From: Synergistales bacterium
GTDB taxonomy: Bacteria; Synergistota; Synergistia; Synergistales; JAFGMB01
Reading direction: 5' to 3'
DNA: 64,000 bases
Assembly (NCBI GenBank): GCA_963666205.1
Contig: OY762654.1
Span: forward strand, 1,856,001-1,920,000
Below, piece after piece: positions 59,176-64,000 of this stretch. Made by a program: the position numbers and the translations under genes. Every line of letters begins with the position of its first letter. The stretch's first letter is position 1. The notes under the pieces were generated by a model. It was not told the origin of the DNA. It saw only the letters and a list, made by a program, of their open reading frames with translations, and ran no database searches.

Positions 59176-60342
59176 TCAGTCCCATTTTCTGGATACTATG
59201 ACAGGGAGTGCAATACTCGGAATAACTCCCATGAGGATCATTATGACGGGCAGGCCGAAATTGTCGGCAATAGCACCGAGAAATACTGTAAAAACCCCTC
59301 CGAAACCGAAGGCGAATCCCATAATGATGGAACTTGCCATACCCCTTGCATGGGGGGCCATGCGCTGTGCCATTGCATTGGTTATTGGTTCCGTAGCAGT
59401 CAGGAGCGCGTAACCGGCCATATAAAGGCCTATTGATACAACACCCTGAGTAAGGGCGGCTGGAACAAGAAGGAAGGGTATTATTACAAGCAGAACGATA
59501 AGTGCCTTTTTCGGACCAAAAAGGTCAGCCATCTTTCCGCATATTATGGGAGAGATGGATGAGCCTATTGTTATTATAAAGAGAACTGTCCCTATGGTGA
59601 CAAGAGACCCCCCCCTTGCAGCGATAACGAGGGGAAGGAAAAATCTTAAACCCTGCCCGGTCACTGCCCTCAGGAAGGCTACTATCCATATTCTGTAAAC
59701 TACCCTGAACACATCCCAGAAATTCCTGAAAAATCCTCCAGTTGCCGGTTTGAAATCAATTCCGTCCTGTATCGACGGAATGTAGTAGTAGATCAGCCCG
59801 ACTGTTATCAATACAGGTACCATGGCAACAACAGGCATCCAGTGATAGTTGAAGATCTTGACAAGGCTTACTGCGTAGAGGGGGCTTAAAGCTCCCGCAA
59901 GCATTCCTCCAAATCCAAAGAAGGCAAGAGATGAAGAAAGAGTCACTTCACTGCATAAATGACCTATGCTCCCACTTCCCTGGGGGTGATATACAGCAGT
60001 GCCTATTCCCCATATGAGAACAAAGACCAGTGCTGTAAAGTAATTGGGAGCCATTGGAAGAAGGGTAGCTCCCAGGCATGCTAACACGGGTCCGGAGATC
60101 ATGTACCTGGGTGAAGTTGTTTTATCTGCAAGATAACCGAAAAGAGGTTGTCCAACCATATTTATGAATCCGGATATGGAGTTGAGAAGACCGGCCTGGG
60201 TAAGGGAAATACCCAGTCTTTCAACAATACCCGGTATGAAAGTCGGCAGGAAAGACAGATGAATATCGTTGATAAAGTGAGCCAGGCATATCAGGGCTAT
60301 CTGGAGAGCGGGTTTTTTTGTTTTTGTCTGGAAAATAGAAAT
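59176..60342 (-). CDS. MFS transporter (Fsr-like), probable ATT start
   Basis: AHFINDIHLSFLP lies upstream of the first ATG; QPLFGYLAD and YHPQG motifs; AGGAGG-8nt-ATT. Confidence 0.85.
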   Translation of the reverse strand: MSIFQTKTKKPALQIALICLAHFINDIHLSFLPTFIPGIVERLGISLTQAGLLNSISGFINMVGQPLFGYLADKTTSPRYMISGPVLACLGATLLPMAPNYFTALVFVLIWGIGTAVYHPQGSGSIGHLCSEVTLSSSLAFFGFGGMLAGALSPLYAVSLVKIFNYHWMPVVAMVPVLITVGLIYYYIPSIQDGIDFKPATGGFFRNFWDVFRVVYRIWIVAFLRAVTGQGLRFFLPLVIAARGGSLVTIGTVLFIITIGSSISPIICGKMADLFGPKKALIVLLVIIPFLLVPAALTQGVVSIGLYMAGYALLTATEPITNAMAQRMAPHARGMASSIIMGFAFGFGGVFTVFLGAIADNFGLPVIMILMGVIPSIALPVIVSRKWD

Positions 60343-60561
60343 TTTGCTGTCCTCCTAATATAATATTCTGAATCCGAATGTATATTCTAACATTGATTTT
60401 CATTATTATCATAGAACTCTTATTGGTCGAAGAGCCTCATGTTCCTTCTAAGGAAGAATGCACACTGTCATCCCTTTTGATTTCTGGTGTTAGTCATTAT
60501 TTGATAAAATTTTCATGTGTTTTGAATTATTAACACCAACTTATATTATGGAGGGACATAA

Positions 60562-61329
60562 ATGCGAAAGAGCCGCTTTGTTTTAGCTTTAGTTTTACTG
60601 CTGGTCATGCCCGTTTACTGTTCTGCCGCTGATATCCTGATAGATCTTAATGACAGGGAACATAATGATCCTTCAGCCCTTCTTTTCAAGACATTTCTCA
60701 CAAGGTTGGACCCGGAATCCATGACCATGGTACTTGATGCTGAACCGGCATCTGATGGAACTGTCCGTCACCTTTATCTGGATGTAAAGGGTGCCGCTTT
60801 CGACGGTTTCAGGCTGGAAAATCTGAGAGTTGAAACCGTTTTCGGGAAATTCAATCCTGTGAAAGAATGGAAAGAGGGCAGAGAAATAATAGTTGAGGAT
60901 GTAATGCAGGGATACGTTCATGCTATTGCCATGGAAAAGGATATGAATCAGGCCCTGCTCGATCTGGCCGATGAACATTGGAAAGATGTAAAGGTTGATC
61001 TCCGGCCTGGAGAACTTTTTCTAAAGGCTCGATACCACGTTAAAGGATCCCTCAGTCTAAAGATCCTTGTGGAGATTTCAACTGGATTGAAAATTATGGG
61101 GAAACAGGTATGGCTGGATAATTACATGCTTGAAGTGAATAATGCCGAGAAAACATCGGTTATAAAGGACGAAATAGAAAAGTATCAACCGTTAATGGAT
61201 CTGGAGGGATTTGTATTACCCCTTGAGCTGAAGGAAATAATCATAGATAAGGAAAAGATAGTGTTCTCCAGCAGGGTGGAGCCTAAACCCTTTGATGGCA
61301 TCCGATATCTTTACAACCCTGAAAACTGA
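60562..61329 (+). CDS. Exported protein, DUF2993/LmeA-like
   Basis: Signal peptide, GGAGG RBS; family assignment tentative. Confidence 0.6.
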   Translation: MRKSRFVLALVLLLVMPVYCSAADILIDLNDREHNDPSALLFKTFLTRLDPESMTMVLDAEPASDGTVRHLYLDVKGAAFDGFRLENLRVETVFGKFNPVKEWKEGREIIVEDVMQGYVHAIAMEKDMNQALLDLADEHWKDVKVDLRPGELFLKARYHVKGSLSLKILVEISTGLKIMGKQVWLDNYMLEVNNAEKTSVIKDEIEKYQPLMDLEGFVLPLELKEIIIDKEKIVFSSRVEPKPFDGIRYLYNPEN

Positions 61330-61389
61330 TAAACTTACCCCATATTTCTTCTTTTTTCTATAAGAAAAAGGGAAACAGGAGGCCTGATA

Positions 61390-62106
61390 ATGGAGATCAT
61401 TTCTTTAAATTACTTTGAAGGCGATACCGAACTGGAGGGGATTCTTTTCAAACCGGAGGATCAGGAAGATCCTGTTCCCGGAATTCTTATGATACATGAA
61501 TTTACCGGAATAGGAGCCTGGCTTTATCCCCATGCGGAAAGACTCGCCAGGTCGGGTTACATGGTTCTTCTTCATGACATGTACGGCAAGGGTAATATGC
61601 CGGAAAATGCCGAAGATGCTTCCAGGATAGCCCTTTTTTACAAGAAAGAACGTAACCTGATGCGTTCAAGAGCCGTTGCCGGTCTTGAAGAACTCTTGAG
61701 CTTTTCAGAAGTGGATCCGTCCAGGGTCTTTGCCATGGGTTTTTCCTTTGGAGGATGCTCAGTCCTTGAATTGGCAAGGAGCGGAGCCCCTGTTACCGGG
61801 ACAATAAGTGTTTACGGTAATCTGAATACTCCCTTTCCCGAGGATGCGGAAAAAATCCAGGGAAGTGTTCTTGCTATCCATGGAGGAAGGGATCCTCTGG
61901 TGATCAACGAAGAGATGGTAGCTTTTCTCGAGGAGATGGAAGCGGCAGATGTAGATTGCCGGATAAAGGTTTTCACCAGGGCTGGGCATGGTTTCTTTAA
62001 CTCAACCCTGACAGGCGATAGTACCGCAGGTATCTTTTACAGCCCTCATTTTGAAGGCCTTGCCTGGCGGGAGATAGACGCCTTCCTGGAAGAGTTGTCG
62101 AAATAG
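61390..62106 (+). CDS. Dienelactone hydrolase-family protein
   Basis: IHEFTG, DMYG, GFSFGG, HGGRDP and GHGF motifs. Confidence 0.9.
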   Translation: MEIISLNYFEGDTELEGILFKPEDQEDPVPGILMIHEFTGIGAWLYPHAERLARSGYMVLLHDMYGKGNMPENAEDASRIALFYKKERNLMRSRAVAGLEELLSFSEVDPSRVFAMGFSFGGCSVLELARSGAPVTGTISVYGNLNTPFPEDAEKIQGSVLAIHGGRDPLVINEEMVAFLEEMEAADVDCRIKVFTRAGHGFFNSTLTGDSTAGIFYSPHFEGLAWREIDAFLEELSK

Positions 62107-62135
62107 CGTCCTGAAATCTTCCAGGAAGGTTTCAG

Positions 62136-63002
62136 CTATATTTCAAGTTCTATTTCTCCGGTTATGATGGCCGTTCCTCCTACCATGACCCTGATGATAT
62201 TCCCGTTTCCATCAATTTCAATATCAGCCAGTATCTCCGAAGGTCTGCCCATGGAATAACCCTGTTCAAAGACAAGGTTGGAGGTTCCGTTAAGCTGGTT
62301 ATACCTGTACAGGTAGCAGCCCAGCGCTCCGTTAGATGTCCCTGTGGCTGATTCTTCAGAGATGCCGTAAAGGGGCGCCAGGTTCCGGCAGTGGGCTGTT
62401 GATCCATATTTTGTTTCAAGACAGAAAAGATGATAACCAACCACACCGTACTTCCTGCTTATCCCGGAAACTGAGTCAAGATCCGGATTGATGGACAGAA
62501 GGGTTTCCAGATCTTTTATCGGGACAATAATGTCCTTCAGTCCAGTGGATACTATCTGGGGAGAAAGGGTGCCGTGGAGGTCTTGTGCAGAGATTTTCAG
62601 ACTTGAGGCAATTTCTGCTCTTCCAACTTCTTCATGGAATTCAGGAAGGGCCTGCTCCATAAAAATCTGTCCATTCCCCCCTATCTCTATATCCAGGTTT
62701 CCAGCAAGGGTTTCCTGGGAGTATTTCCCCGGCTTGAGAATACCCCTTTGAAAAAGAAGGGAGAAAGCGGCTATTGTCGCATGACCGCAGAGATCCACTT
62801 CTTCCGAGGGTGTAAAGAATCTTACCCGGTAGTCTGCACATTCTGAATGTTGAAGAAAGGCTGTTTCGGAAAATCCCACCTGTAATGCAATATTTTTCAT
62901 TTCTTCTTGAGAAAGTTCTTCACTTTTCAGAACTACTCCAGCAGGGTTACCTCCTTCAGCAGTTTTAGCAAAAGAGTTCAGAGTGGATACCTTGATATTC
63001 AT
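62136..63002 (-). CDS. PhzF-family isomerase
   Basis: GGNPAGV, GFSETAF, EVDLCGHAT and EESATGT motifs. Confidence 0.93.
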   Translation of the reverse strand: MNIKVSTLNSFAKTAEGGNPAGVVLKSEELSQEEMKNIALQVGFSETAFLQHSECADYRVRFFTPSEEVDLCGHATIAAFSLLFQRGILKPGKYSQETLAGNLDIEIGGNGQIFMEQALPEFHEEVGRAEIASSLKISAQDLHGTLSPQIVSTGLKDIIVPIKDLETLLSINPDLDSVSGISRKYGVVGYHLFCLETKYGSTAHCRNLAPLYGISEESATGTSNGALGCYLYRYNQLNGTSNLVFEQGYSMGRPSEILADIEIDGNGNIIRVMVGGTAIITGEIELEI

Positions 63003-63031
63003 GGGTCTGCTCCTTCCCTCTTCCGGGAAAT

Positions 63032-64000
63032 TCAGTCTTTCAGTTCTTCCATGGCAATAAGGGCAGTATTAGCCAGAACACCTGCTCCTATTGCAAGAGC
63101 CCTTTCGTCTATTCTGAACTTGGGGCTATGCCAGGGATGGACGGCCCCGATCTCGGGATTTCCAACTCCCAGCCAGAAGAAGCATCCCGGAACTTTTTCC
63201 TGGAATAGGGAGAAGTCCTCTCCTCCTGTGGATGGGGTGGGTTCAACAATGGCTTCTTTATCCACGACTGCTTCTATGGCTCTTTCCACTATTCCTTTTG
63301 GAACTGCCTGGTTTATTACGGGTGGTATTTCATAGATATAGGAGAGTTCGCCTTTACATTGTAGAGTTGCAGCTGTGTTTTCAACAACTCTTCTGATCTT
63401 TTCCTCTATACTGTTTCTTACTTCAGGAGCAAAGGTCCTTACAGTACCTGTCAGTTCGACCTTATCGGGGATTATATTGTTCCTGGTCCCGCCATGGATG
63501 GTGCCAAGGCTTATTACAGCAGAGTCCAGAGGGTTGATGTTACGGCTAACTATGGTCTGAAGGTTCATGATCATTGATGCGGTTGCAACTATGGGGTCTA
63601 TATCCCTGTGGGGCAGACCACCATGCCCGCCTTTCCCGGTAATTGTGATCTCTATCCTGTCTACCGCGGCCATGAGCGGTCCTTCTTTCAGAGCGACCTT
63701 ACCCACAGGTATCTCCGGGTGATTATGAAGGCCGAATATCATGTCAATTCCGTTAGTTTCAAGGACTCCTTCTTTGACCATTTCCTTTGCACCGCGGTTA
63801 AGTTCCTCAGCGGGCTGGAAGATCATTGTTACTGAACCCTTGAGGCTGTCCTTTAGTCCTGCCAGGAGTCTGGCAGCACCCAGGGCACAGGTTATATGTA
63901 CATCGTGGCCGCATGCATGCATCTTTCCATCAGCAGATGATGCGTAGGAAAGTCCCGTTTCTTCCTGTATGGGAAGGGCGTCAATATCGGCCCTTATGGC
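63032..64000 (-). CDS. M20D amidohydrolase (5' end outside window)
   Basis: RADIDALP, MHACGHD, FQPAEE, GGEDF and WHSP motifs; frame open to window edge. Confidence 0.93.
   Translation of the reverse strand, partial: AIRADIDALPIQEETGLSYASSADGKMHACGHDVHITCALGAARLLAGLKDSLKGSVTMIFQPAEELNRGAKEMVKEGVLETNGIDMIFGLHNHPEIPVGKVALKEGPLMAAVDRIEITITGKGGHGGLPHRDIDPIVATASMIMNLQTIVSRNINPLDSAVISLGTIHGGTRNNIIPDKVELTGTVRTFAPEVRNSIEEKIRRVVENTAATLQCKGELSYIYEIPPVINQAVPKGIVERAIEAVVDKEAIVEPTPSTGGEDFSLFQEKVPGCFFWLGVGNPEIGAVHPWHSPKFRIDERALAIGAGVLANTALIAMEELKD

Noticed and set aside
62136-63002. Phenazine biosynthesis (PhzF with trpE/G)
   Set aside because: Stand-alone PhzF-family genes are common; no phzA/B/D/G present, and the trp genes are over 40 kb away and Trp-attenuated
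1-64000. tRNA, rRNA, transposase, integrase, phage or defence genes
   Set aside because: None recognised by eye; tRNAscan-SE, Infernal and HMM searches are needed to exclude them formally

Overview
Chromosomal window from an anaerobic, amino-acid-fermenting bacterium, probably Synergistota (two proteins end in a Synergist-CTERM-like GGC + TM + basic tail). It holds about 58 protein genes, mostly for amino-acid/peptide and organic-acid uptake and catabolism: two TRAP systems, NhaC, BrnQ and DAACS transporters, PepV, PepT, two other M20 hydrolases, an OCD/Thr-dehydratase/ArgE operon and an OTC-carbamate kinase-lysine 6-transaminase operon. It also holds a partial trp operon (trpE-G-D-F, trpF frameshifted), a type III PKS + methyltransferase pair, a two-component system and tandem csp genes. 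I saw no rRNA, tRNA, CRISPR array, transposase or integrase. Main observations beyond the ORF track: (1) a trpL leader (MSKAFTTRNWWWQIF) whose attenuator seems to have six segments and two tandem terminators; (2) a surface protein split by in-frame TGA-GGC-TGA followed by a SECIS-like hairpin; (3) an ADI-like operon lacking arginine deiminase but carrying lat; (4) dispersed palindromic repeats bracketing a surface-protein gene in inverted orientation; (5) an ada/ogt deletion scar; (6) genes that appear to need ATT and CTG starts; (7) an AT-rich catabolic island with a 20-bp perfect inverted repeat. All calls come from reading the sequence by eye; no searches or folding programs were run.
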